Origin: Octopus vulgaris
Lineage: Eukaryota
Assembly: GCA_951406725.2 (NCBI GenBank)
Contig: OX597834.1
Coordinates: 20,460,001-20,524,000, forward strand
DNA: 64,000 nucleotides
Reading direction: 5' to 3'
A model generated the notes under the pieces. It worked only from the letters and a program-made list of their open reading frames with translations. It searched no databases and was not told where the DNA came from. Positions 54,109-64,000 of the stretch are shown one piece after another. Positions within the stretch are counted from its first letter, which is position 1; every line of letters begins with the position of its first letter. A program made the translations under genes and the position numbers.

Positions 54109-54530
54109 GGCGCAGGAGTGGCTGTGTGGTAAGTAGCTTGCTAACCAACTACATGGTTCCGGGTTCAGTCCCACTGCGTGGCACCTTGGGCAAGTGTCTT
54201 CTGCTATAGCCTCGGGCCGACCAATGTCTTGTGAGTGGATTTGGTAGACGGAAACTGAAAGAAGCCTGTCGTATATATGTATATATATATATATATATGT
54301 ATGTGTTTGTGTGTCTGTGTTTGTCTCCCTAGCATTGCTTGACAACTGATGCTAGTGTGTTAGTGTGTTTACGTCCCCGTCACTTAGCGGTTCGGCAAAA
54401 GAGACCGATGGAATAAGTACTGGGCTTACAAAAGAATAAGTCCCGGGGTCGATCTCCTCGACTAAAGGCAGTGCTCCAGCATGGCCGCAGTCAAATGACT
54501 GAAACGAGTAAAAGAGAAAAGAGAAAGAGA
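54109..54530 (+). mobile_element. SINE family A, full length, young
   Basis: Nearly identical to 9304-9718. Confidence 0.95.
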
Positions 54531-54649
54531 ACTGAAGTGATGGGGAGTGGTGGGGAGAGCACTCCATAGCTACCCAAAGAGCTAGAAATACCAGCCAAAT
54601 ATCTTTCAAAATCACACACACCTGCCACTCTGTGAGTTATGATGACATG

Positions 54650-54940
54650 TGTTCTAGGTGATCCAATCAATGGAACAGCCTGCTCATGAAATTAGTGTGC
54701 ATGTGGTTGAGTACTCCACAGACATGTGTACCCTTAACATAGATCTCAAGGAGATTCAACATGACACGGGATGTAGCAAGGTTGGTCCTTTGAATTACAA
54801 CTCATTTTTGCCAGCTGAGTGGACTGGAGCAACGTGAAATCAAGTGCCTTCCCCAAGGACACAACACTCCATTTGGTATTGAACTCGTGACTTAACACTT
54901 TTGAACCGAATACCCTTACTGCTTGGCCATATGCCTTCAC
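54650..54940 (-). mobile_element. SINE family C
   Basis: Family motifs as 61980-62510. Confidence 0.75.
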
Positions 54941-55334
54941 CACACACACACCCCTATGTTTAAAAAGGGAGGACACAAGATAATGTAGTCTGAAATATAA
55001 CTGGGAATAAACTAGGATGGTCATAACTGGCACCCGTATATGATTTTACAGAGCTGTTCAGTCAGAGATGGCCTAGGGTTTATCAACAACAACACCAACT
55101 GTTACTACAAACTGTTATTGAATACATGTCGAGTGGTGGTCTGCCCTTGTGAACCTTCTCCAGCATTTCCTATACGACCTGGGAGGGCCCTTACTTTCCC
55201 TTGCAGCCATCAAATAGATTACTGGGGCTTCAGCTATTATAACTAAACTTACAATAAATACTGGAGGGGGATTCCTGTTGCGTCGTTCAGGCAGGTGGGA
55301 TTTGAATACAGAATGTCGATAACCAGAAGATAAA

Positions 55335-55545
55335 ATAAAATAATAATGAAATTATCAGGTATAGTGCTCAGGTGTACCACAACTCATCAAAGGTACATGT
55401 ACAATACATAGAATTATGTACAAAAGCCAGGAAAGTGAACAGTGTATGAGTCATGATATACATGTGTACATGTGTATGGAGTGGGGGGTGGATATCAGGT
55501 ATAGTTTGTGGAGTTAGCTGATTTCAGAAAGAATGGAGGTTTTAC
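55335..55545 (-). mobile_element. CR1 3' UTR fragment, diverged
   Basis: Reverse complement similar to 20720-20900 (GTGCTCAGGTG.ACCACA...GGAAAG.GAACA.TGTATGAGTCA). Confidence 0.7.
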
Positions 55546-55820
55546 CATTTTTTTAATCTATGGACCCCTTTCATTGCTATTTTAATTTTCTGAACCCTCA
55601 TAGCCATTCAGTGTTTCAAAACTATTTTGCTTCTCACATTATCTTGTGTTGGATGAATTATGTAAAATTTTAGAATAAGAAATGAAGCTGTTTCTTAGAA
55701 TAATTACATCTAAGGTAAAGATCTTTTTGGTGGACCCCTAATTATACTACTGCTTAGCCTGGTTTACTGTTTCACTTGTGGGATCCCCAATGGTCATATG
55801 GACCCCAATTGAGAATACTC
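55545..55820. mobile_element. hAT-like MITE remnant
   Basis: Repeated TGGACCCC subterminal motifs and terminus GGACCCCAATTGAGAATAC, resembling GTTGAGAACCACTG. Confidence 0.45.
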
Positions 55821-55856
55821 CCATAAAGCATTTCTGCCAACACACCAACAATTCTT

Positions 55857-56085
55857 ATTTCTTTATTACCCACAAGGGGCTAAACATAGAGGGGACAAAC
55901 AAGGACAGACAAAGGGATTAAGTCGATTACATCGACCCCAGTGCATAACTGGTACTTAATTTATTGACCCCGAAATGATGGAAGGCAAAGTCAACCTTGG
56001 TAGAATTTGAACTCAGAACGTAATGGCAGACGAAATACCACTAAGTATTTCAACCGGTGTGCTAACGTTTCCGCCGGCTCACCCA
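55857..56085 (-). mobile_element. SINE family B, full length
   Basis: Reverse complement of 22480-22704. Confidence 0.9.
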
Positions 56086-56781
56086 ATTCTACCACACTCC
56101 CAACCACAGAGCCACAAGAAAGGAAACGTTTTCCTGAAGGACATAATGCACTGACCAGTCCATGAATTGAACCTGTGATCAAGCGACTACAAAGTCACAT
56201 GCCTTCATTACATGAATACATGTAACGCCAACCAAATGTTTCGTGTGTAACTTTCTCTTATTTGTCAGATATGCGTGGGGATGGGGAGTGTACCAGTAAT
56301 ACAATAGGCTTACTTCTTAAGAATTATTTCTTAAGACAGAGATTTCCAGAGGCTCCGATGCTTCATAGGAAGCAAATCAATAAAACTGTTCCAAAACTTT
56401 GTTTAACAGACATATACACAGCAATATGTATATATATCAGAGTGTGTATATTATATATATATTGTACAAGTAGGTTGTATATATATATGCATGGGCACAT
56501 TTCTATATATATATATATACACACAAGTATGTATGCATAAATGTATGTGTATATAATAAATATATGACATAATATGACTTAACAAACTATGACATAATAT
56601 ATATATATTACACACATACATACATATGTAATATGTATGATATAATATACATTCATGCACATATACACACCAACATACATACATATATATATATATGAAT
56701 ATATATATGAGAGAGAGAAATGAATGCTTCGGTGGATCTAGAGAACTATATCATTATAGAGACATGAGCATGCAAAAATAC

Positions 56782-56839
<58 letters not shown>

Positions 56840-56986
56840 ACATACAGACACACTAACATTCAAGCATAAATACACACATGTATATGTACACATGCATATA
56901 CATAGACACATATACTCACACATAGATGTATATATGCACATAAAACTACTTGCATATATACATGCATAAATGCATACTTACTGACC

Positions 56987-57032
<46 letters not shown>

Positions 57033-57522
57033 ATTTCTGCCCAGTGATTTCTCCAGAAAAATCTTTGATTAATGAAGACATACGTAAAGAGTGATGCTGC
57101 CAAAACCAAAACTAACAGACATATCGGAACAAACGAAGAATATAAGCTGATGTCTTTAATCTGCAATGTTGATTCCTTCTGTAGAATCGGTTACTGCGTT
57201 TATTCAGCTGTGTCCTACGTATAGATGTCTAGCAGACATTTTCTCGTTCTTTCTTTTTTACCATTGTATTTCATAAACACATACACACACATATATATAT
57301 ATATACATGCATGTGTATGTACCTCTTCCTCTCTCTCTCTCTATATATATATATATATGCACTCCTTCATATGTATGTACACAATATATATATATATACA
57401 TATATATATGTGTGTGTGTGTGTATGAGCTCGAATACATATTTGTTCATATATATCCATTCATATACTTATTTATCTATCTGCTTAACTCTCTCACTCAC
57501 TCTCTCTCTCTTTTATCTCTCC

Positions 57523-57554
<32 letters not shown>

Positions 57555-57748
57555 TATAGTGGGGTAGGCTGGTTTATAGGGTTACCCTGGGTTTCTCGCT
57601 TATAAGGGGTTTAGCCTTATGGCTTATCAGACCCTGAACACTCTAGGGCAAGTGTCTCCTACTATGGCCTGAGGCCAACCAAAGCCTTGCAAGTGGAATT
57701 GGTAGATGGAAATTGAAAGAAACCTGTCATATATATATATATATATAT

Positions 57749-60700
57749 CATCATCATCATCATCATCATCATTTAGCGTCCGTTTTCCATGCTAGCATGG
57801 GTTGGACGGTTCTGCTGGGGTCTGTGAAGCCAGAAGGCTTCATCAGGCCCAGTCAAATCTGGCAGTGTTTCTACGGCTGGATGCCCTTCCTAACGCCAAC
57901 CACTCCGTGAGTGTAGTGGGTGCTTTTTACGTGCCACCCGCACTGGTGCCAGCCAGAGCTGGCAAACGGCCACGAACGGATGGTGTTTTTTATGTGCCAC
58001 CGGCACGAGGGCCAGGCGAGGCTGGCAACGAACACGAAACAGGGCGGTGCTGGCAACGGTCGCGAAACGGAAGGTTCTCTTACATGCCACCGGCACTGGT
58101 AACACATCTGCAATTTCCATTGATCGATTTCCATTGATCGATTTCGATTCTGATCCTCACTTGCCTCAATGGGTCTTCACAAGCAGAGTTTCGACATGCC
58201 ACCGGCACTGGTAGCACATCCGCAATTTCCATTGATCGATTTCGATTCTGATCCTCACTTGCCTCAACACGTCTTCACAAGTAGAGTTTTGTGTCCCAAG
58301 AAGGGAAGGTATGCATACGTAGGCTGGCTCCATCCCATGTAGAAGGCCACGGGTTGTGGACTCACTTGTCCTGCCGGGTCTTCTCGCGCACAGCACACTT
58401 CCAGAGGTCTCGGTCTCTAGTCATTTCCTCGGTGAGACCTAAAGTTCGAAGGTCGTGCTTCACCACCTCGTCCCAGGTTTTCCTGGGTCTGCCTCTTCCA
58501 CAGGTTCCCTCAACCGCTAGGGTGTGGCACTTTTTCACACAACTATCTTCATCCATTCTCGCCACATGACCATACCAGCGCAAACGTCTCTCTTGCACAC
58601 CACAACTGATGCTTCTTAGGTCCAGCTTTTCTCTCAAGGTACTTACACTCTGCCGAGTGTGAGTACTGGCATTACACATCCATCGGAGCATACTGGCTTC
58701 ATTTCTAGCGAGCTTACGCATATCCTCAGCAGTCACGGCCCATGTTTCACTGCCATGTAGCATGGCTGTTCGTACACACGCATCATACAGTCTGCCTTTC
58801 ACTCTGTGCGAGAGGCCTTTTGTCACCAGCAGAGGTAAGAGCTCTCTGAACTTTGCCCAAGCTATTCTTACTCTAGCAGTTACACTTTCAGCACACCCGC
58901 CCCCGCTGCTGACTTGGTCACCTAGGTAACGGAAACTATCAACTATTTCTAGTTTTTCTCCCTGGAAAGTGACAGAAGTTGGTCTCAGAGCATTTTCAGT
59001 GTTTATTGTTCCTGAGCATCTGCCACATACAAAAACCATCTTCCTAGTTAGCCTTCCTTTGACATTGCTGCATCTCTTATGTGTCCATAGCTTACACTTG
59101 GTGCATCTTATAGAGTTTCTACCTACACCTTTTCTACAGATCGAGCAGGGCCATCTACCTGAAGGTGTTTGTGATTTGTCTACCTTCCTACTGATTACGA
59201 CTTTGGTTTTAGCTAGATTGACTCTGAGGCCCTTCGATTCTAATCCTTGTTTCCACACCTGAAACTTCTCCTCCAGTTCTGATAGCGACTCAGCAATTAG
59301 AGCAAGGTCATCAGCATAGAGGAGCTCCCAAGGGCATCCTGTCTTGAATTCCTCCGTTATTGCCTGGAGGACTATGATAAATAGGAGGGGGCTGAGTACT
59401 GAGCCTTGGTGGACCCCTACCTCTACCCGGAATTCTTCACTGTACTCATTTCCAACCCTCACCCTACTAGCGGCGTCCCTATACATGGCCCGCACAGCTC
59501 TCACTAACCATTCATCTATCCCTAGTTTTCTCATTGCCCACCAGATAAGGGATCGGGGGACCCTGTCGAAGGCTTTCTCCATGTCAACAAAAGCCAGGTA
59601 CAGGGGCTTATCTTTGGCTAGGTATTTCTCCTGCAGCTGCCTTACCAGGAATATAGCATCAGTAGTACTTTTCCCTGGCACAAACCCAAACTGCATCTCA
59701 TCTAAACTAACTCTCTCTCTAATTAGTTGGGCTATGACCCTCTCCGTAACCTTCATCACCTGGTCCAACAGCTTGATACCTCTGTAGTTGTTTGTATCTA
59801 GGGCATCACCTTTACCTTTGTAGCAGTTGACTATTATACTGCTACACCAGTCATTGGGTATGACCCCTTTGTGTATCACCTGATTAACTATATGGGTGAC
59901 TAGGCTATAGCTGACACTACCAGACATTTTGAGCATCTCTGCAGTGATTCCTGATGGGCCTGGGGCTTTCCCTGTCTTCATGCTTCTAATTGCCTTAGCT
60001 ACCACAGAACTATCAACTCGGATAGCTGGTCCCTCTGTTGGGTCAACATTCGGCAGACTCTCTTTATCCCATTCATTTTCTTCATTCAGCAACCTTTCAT
60101 AGTGGCATCTCCAAACCTCTCTCTTTGCATCCTCATTTAGCGCAAGTGAACCATCTTCCATGCGAACACACTTCTCTCCTACCACATCACGATTCTCTCT
60201 CACACACTGTCTTGCAACACGAAACACCTCCAGTCTTTGGTCCTCACGGCGCAGAACATTGGCAAATTTTTTCTTATCTGCTTCCCCTCTGGCTAAATAA
60301 ACCTGTCTCCTAGCTTCTCTTTTGGCAGTCTGATACAATTCCCTGCTACCCCCATTTTTCCAGACCTTCCAAGCCTGTCTCTTTTCTCTAATAGCCCTGT
60401 CTACAATATTGTTCCACCACCACGTTATTCTAGGTCGAGAGGGGACTTTGCACCAGCCACAGATCTGGTCAGTGGCTCTCAGCAGGTTGTCCCTTAGAAA
60501 CGTCCAGCTGTCTTCTACCCCCTGTGATGCTCTATCCCCTTCTACTTCGTCAGAGGCTTCAAGTAATATGTCCCTAAATCTCTGTCCATTTGCAGGATCT
60601 TTAAGCTTCCAGATCCTTCTTCTCCATATTTGTCGTCTTCTGGTTGTCCTCCTAGTCCTGATCCTAAAGTCACTAACTACCAGTCTATGTTGTGGGGTAC

Positions 60701-61493
60701 ATTCTTCACCTGGGAAGGTTTTGGCATTTATAAGCAGCCATCTCTCCCTTTGCCTTGTAAGGATGTAGTCAATTTGGCTGGTATGTTGGCCCGATTGGTA
60801 AGTGACTAGGTGGCTGGTAGGTTTCCTGAAGTTAGTGTTGCAAATCATAAGATTATTTGCATCGCAGAACTCCAGCAGCCTGGTTCCCTCCTCGTTGCGG
60901 GAGCCATAGCCGTAGCCTCCATGTACGCCATGGAAGCCCCCAGCATGTCGTCCAACGTGACCATTGAAGTCACCAGCCACAAAGATAAGGTCTCTGTCGT
61001 TCGTCAATGAGGTAGTCTGCAGTAGAGTGTCATAGAATCGGTCTTTCTGTCCATCGGGTAGCCCCGACTGAGGAGCATAGGCTGATATAATGGTTGCTAA
61101 ACTATGATGAAGCACTAATCTAATCTTAAGTATTCTGTCACTTACTCTGATTACCTCAATTACTTTATCTACCCATTTCTCAGCGATAAGTATACCCACG
61201 CCACCAACCCCGTCAGTATTCCCTGCCCAGAAAATCTTGTACCTGCGTTCCTTGCCTGTGAGGAACCTAGCTGATCCTCCTCTCCACCTTATTTCTTGCA
61301 TGCAACATATATCCACACATCTCCGTTCAAGCATCTCGACTATCTCACCAGACCTACCTTTCAGAGTGCCAACGTTGAGGGTGCCAACCCTGAGGGTGTG
61401 GAAGGCATGGGCTCTAGAGACCCTGGGACGGTGGACAGTAGCTTCGTGTACCTGAAAAGAAAGCTCGCATTTGGCAGAATTCATTTGGCAGAA

Positions 61494-61498
<5 letters not shown>
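57749..61498 (-). mobile_element. RTE-clade LINE with intact ORF, ~610-nt 3' UTR and (GAT)n tail, inserted into the (TA)n of a SINE A
   Basis: Uninterrupted APE+RT ORF; SINE A halves at 57645-57730 and about 61590-61630; TA on both sides. Confidence 0.95.
58362..61484 (-). CDS. RTE retrotransposon polyprotein: APE endonuclease + reverse transcriptase with internal PHD-type zinc finger
   Basis: APE motifs TLNVGTL, MQEIRW, SAYAPQ, GDFNGHVG, QIDYIL, QHRLV. RT motifs KAPGPSG, NYRGIKLL, QFGF, FVDMEKAFDRV, GVHQGSVLSP, YADD, FRYLG. RTE C-terminus RRLRWYGHV...GRGRPRKTW. Confidence 0.97.
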   Translation of the reverse strand: MNSAKCELSFQVHEATVHRPRVSRAHAFHTLRVGTLNVGTLKGRSGEIVEMLERRCVDICCMQEIRWRGGSARFLTGKERRYKIFWAGNTDGVGGVGILIAEKWVDKVIEVIRVSDRILKIRLVLHHSLATIISAYAPQSGLPDGQKDRFYDTLLQTTSLTNDRDLIFVAGDFNGHVGRHAGGFHGVHGGYGYGSRNEEGTRLLEFCDANNLMICNTNFRKPTSHLVTYQSGQHTSQIDYILTRQRERWLLINAKTFPGEECTPQHRLVVSDFRIRTRRTTRRRQIWRRRIWKLKDPANGQRFRDILLEASDEVEGDRASQGVEDSWTFLRDNLLRATDQICGWCKVPSRPRITWWWNNIVDRAIREKRQAWKVWKNGGSRELYQTAKREARRQVYLARGEADKKKFANVLRREDQRLEVFRVARQCVRENRDVVGEKCVRMEDGSLALNEDAKREVWRCHYERLLNEENEWDKESLPNVDPTEGPAIRVDSSVVAKAIRSMKTGKAPGPSGITAEMLKMSGSVSYSLVTHIVNQVIHKGVIPNDWCSSIIVNCYKGKGDALDTNNYRGIKLLDQVMKVTERVIAQLIRERVSLDEMQFGFVPGKSTTDAIFLVRQLQEKYLAKDKPLYLAFVDMEKAFDRVPRSLIWWAMRKLGIDEWLVRAVRAMYRDAASRVRVGNEYSEEFRVEVGVHQGSVLSPLLFIIVLQAITEEFKTGCPWELLYADDLALIAESLSELEEKFQVWKQGLESKGLRVNLAKTKVVISRKVDKSQTPSGRWPCSICRKGVGRNSIRCTKCKLWTHKRCSNVKGRLTRKMVFVCGRCSGTINTENALRPTSVTFQGEKLEIVDSFRYLGDQVSSGGGCAESVTARVRIAWAKFRELLPLLVTKGLSHRVKGRLYDACVRTAMLHGSETWAVTAEDMRKLARNEASMLRWMCNASTHTRQSVSTLREKLDLRSISCGVQERRLRWYGHVARMDEDSCVKKCHTLAVEGTCGRGRPRKTWDEVVKHDLRTLGLTEEMTRDRDLWKCAVREKTRQDK

Positions 61499-61557
<59 letters not shown>

Positions 61558-61979
61558 TGTATGTATATATATATATATACATCTGTGTGTGTGTGTGTAT
61601 ATGTTTGTGTGTCTGTGTTTGTCCCTTCTGCATTTGTACATCTTTTATCTTTTACTTGGTTCAGTCATTGAACTGTGACCATGTGGGGTGGGAACGGGGA
61701 TTGGTGATGGGTTGGGCGGGGATGGGGCATAACTGCCTCGAAGGGTTTCAGTTGAACAAATCAACCCTAATACTTACTTTTTGTAAGTCTGGTACTCATT
61801 GTACGGGTCACCTCTGCTGAACTGCAAAGTCATTGGGATGTAAACGAACCAATACTGGTTGTTAGATGGTGATGTGTGTATGTATGTGTTTTACTGAGAA
61901 ATAAGCATGGATAGAGATAGTAAAAAAAAAAGGGTAAGGAGAGAGTGGGGTAAAAAGGTCATAGCTGCCCTAGTTTGGT

Positions 61980-62515
61980 GAAGGCCCATGGCTTTGTGGT
62001 AGAGGTATTCAGCTCATGATTGTAAAGCTGTAAGTTCAATTCCTGATGATGTGTTGTGTCCTTGAGCTAGACACTTCATTTCCCCTTACTACAATCCATT
62101 CAGCAGGCAAAAATGATTCGTACCAGTATTTCAAAGGACCGGCTTTGTCACGTTATATGTTATCCTGAATCTCCCTACGAACTACATTAAGGGTACATTA
62201 AGGGGACAGGCTGGCAGAAACGTTAGCACACCGGGCGAAATGCTTAGCGGTATTTTGTCCACCGCTGTGTTCTGAGTTCAAATTCCGCCGAGGTCGACTT
62301 TCATCCTTTCGAGATCAATAAATTAATCACCAGTTACGCACTGGGGTCGATGTAATCAACTTAATTCGTTCGTCTGTCCTTGTTTGTCCCCTCTGTGTTT
62401 AGCCCCTTGTGGGTAGTAAAGAAATAAGTATGCACATCTGTGGAATACTCAGCTACTTGCACTTTAATTTAACGAGCAGGCTGTTCCATCGATTGGATCG
62501 ACTGGAACCCTTATC
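61980..62515 (+). mobile_element. SINE family C interrupted by a SINE family B copy (62205-62426)
   Basis: C head and TGTGTCCTTGAGC domain, then the B copy, then C continuation TGTGGAATACTCAGCTACTTGCAC. Confidence 0.8.
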
Positions 62516-63207
62516 AGCATAATCAATGAAGCGCCAGGATTTTTGTCTTTTTCTCTCCTAGTCTGAGAGTAAGAAAGGAATATATGAATGGCAAAATAAA
62601 TATTACTATTCATTTCCAAAGTTAGGGAATCTGAGGAACGGGGGAACCGGAGATATTGGGACGGGGTCGGTTAGGACGGGTGTGATGGGATGGGATGGGA
62701 TGGAGGTGTTCAAAGCTTCAGAGGTTCAATATACAACCAAAGCACTGCATAATCAATGCTGGTTTTTAAAGAACAAAGCCGAAATAATGAGCTGCCACAA
62801 TTGATGGTAACTAGAAACCAGTGAACCATTCCAAGAGTACACACGACATTCTATCACTGTCTATTCGTTCCTCCTGAAGAATTAAACGAAGATCCTCAAA
62901 ATTTTTGTTTTGTGGTTGTTTGGTTTATGATTGTTTCGATCTTTCCTTCTTTCTTTCATTCTGCACAACGGAGATATCATTAATCAAAATTGGAAAAGAA
63001 GTAAAAAAATATATGCATAAATAAAAAAAAAAAATAGAGGAAAAGGAAAAGAGAAAGAAAATGAATTATAAACTTACTGACATCAATCCCACAATCAATC
63101 AGTCAATATATGTATTTGGGCATGTATGTATATAATTATTTATACATATATGTATATATATATCAATCTCTCTCTCTCTCTTTCTTTCAGTATAAATGTA
63201 TTTGTAA

Positions 63208-63421
63208 GGCAGTGAGCTGGCAGAAATGTTAGCATGCTGGGTGAAATGGTTAGTGGTATTTCATCTGTCTTTACGTACCGAGTTCAAATTCCACTGAGGT
63301 CAACTTTACCTTTCATCCTTCCAGGGTCGATAAATTAAGTACCAGTTGCATACTGGGGTCAATCTAATCAACTAGTGCCCTCTCCCAAAATGTTGGGCCT
63401 TGTGCCTAGAGTAGAAAGGAA
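63208..63421 (+). mobile_element. SINE family B
   Basis: GGCAGTGAGCTGGCAGAAATGTTAG... Confidence 0.88.
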
Positions 63422-63512
63422 TATAAATATATGTGTACACCTGTGTCTATGTAAAGCTAGCAAAATGTATGTATCTGTACATGTGTGTGTATATGTGTGT
63501 GTATATATATAT

Positions 63513-63770
63513 GAGATAATGGTGTCATTGAGACCCAAAGGTGATAGGTAATAAGTGCTATAGACAGAACATAGTTAAGTTCCAGATTCGATAATATCGC
63601 AAATAAAGGGTTCAACATTGGTTCTATGTCAGCGTGTGTATATATGAATTTTTTGTGTAATGAGATAAAAAAAACCACGGCTGTATAGATATTAGAGCAT
63701 TTATAGCTAGAAGGTCTTACAGCTGTTTCTAGGATATTAATTAATAATATCCCTTCATTGGAGACGGTGT
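63513..63770 (-). mobile_element. Family H4 element including hammerhead
   Basis: Homologous to 35098-35288; adjacent to (TA)n. Confidence 0.8.
63714..63765 (-). ncRNA. Minimal type I hammerhead motif (palindromic stem III)
   Basis: GUCU-CCAAUGA-A-GGGAUAUU auuaauu AAUAUCCU-A-GAAA-CAGCUG-UA-AGAC. Confidence 0.7.
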
Positions 63771-63814
63771 GAGAGGAAAAATTAAGTCATAGTTAGTTTC
63801 GATGTGATTCAAGC

Positions 63815-63946
63815 AGAGAGTGAGGTGGAGGAAAGAGAAAAGATGTAAGACATGTATGGTTATTGAATTCGTAAATCCGTTTTAAAGGCATAATTCAATA
63901 ACCTTACACATCTTACATCTTTTCTCTTTCCTCCACCTCACTCTCT
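63815..63946. repeat. Inverted repeat (55-bp arms, 22-nt loop)
   Basis: 63815-63869 is the reverse complement of 63892-63946 with a few mismatches. Confidence 0.9.
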
Positions 63947-64000
63947 ATCTTCCCAGTTAAACTTCCTTTGAAATTGTTGCACCTCTTATGTGTCCATAGC
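63947..64000 (-). mobile_element. Second RTE fragment (PHD-finger coding segment), runs off the window end
   Basis: ATCTTCCCAGTT...TGCACCTCTTATGTGTCCATAGC matches 59038-59091 (LWTHKRC). Confidence 0.75.

Noticed and set aside
1-57700. Hundreds of ORFs rich in CV/YI/HT/II/SL repeats
   Set aside because: Translations of microsatellites and SINE copies; no domain motifs or coherent splice structure.

Overview
This is AT-rich, microsatellite-saturated metazoan DNA; the repeat complement points to an octopus or other coleoid cephalopod (inference). No host exon can be supported, and almost all ORFs in the track are translations of (CA)n/(TA)n/(GA)n/(CAT)n/(TAA)n repeats. The only intact coding region is an RTE-clade LINE on the minus strand (ORF 58362-61484). 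It encodes an APE endonuclease plus RT, has a C4HC3 PHD-type finger inside the RT, and is inserted into the internal (TA)n tract of a SINE. The window also holds dozens of copies of three tRNA-derived SINE families, 5'-truncated RTE, CR1 and R4/Dong LINE tails, a Penelope-like ORF remnant and DNA-transposon remnants. The most notable signal is a set of several unrelated short non-coding elements, mostly in or beside (TA)n tracts, that carry type I hammerhead-ribozyme motifs and often form fold-backs. These include a head-to-head hammerhead pair on opposite strands, a U3-A8 covariant core, and a tRNA-headed SINE-like element with a hammerhead tail (a candidate Penelope-mobilised 'ribozyme SINE'). 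The RTE 3' UTR also carries a variable repeat/spacer array of GTGCCGGTGGCAC hairpins. All calls were read by eye; no searches or folding programs were run.
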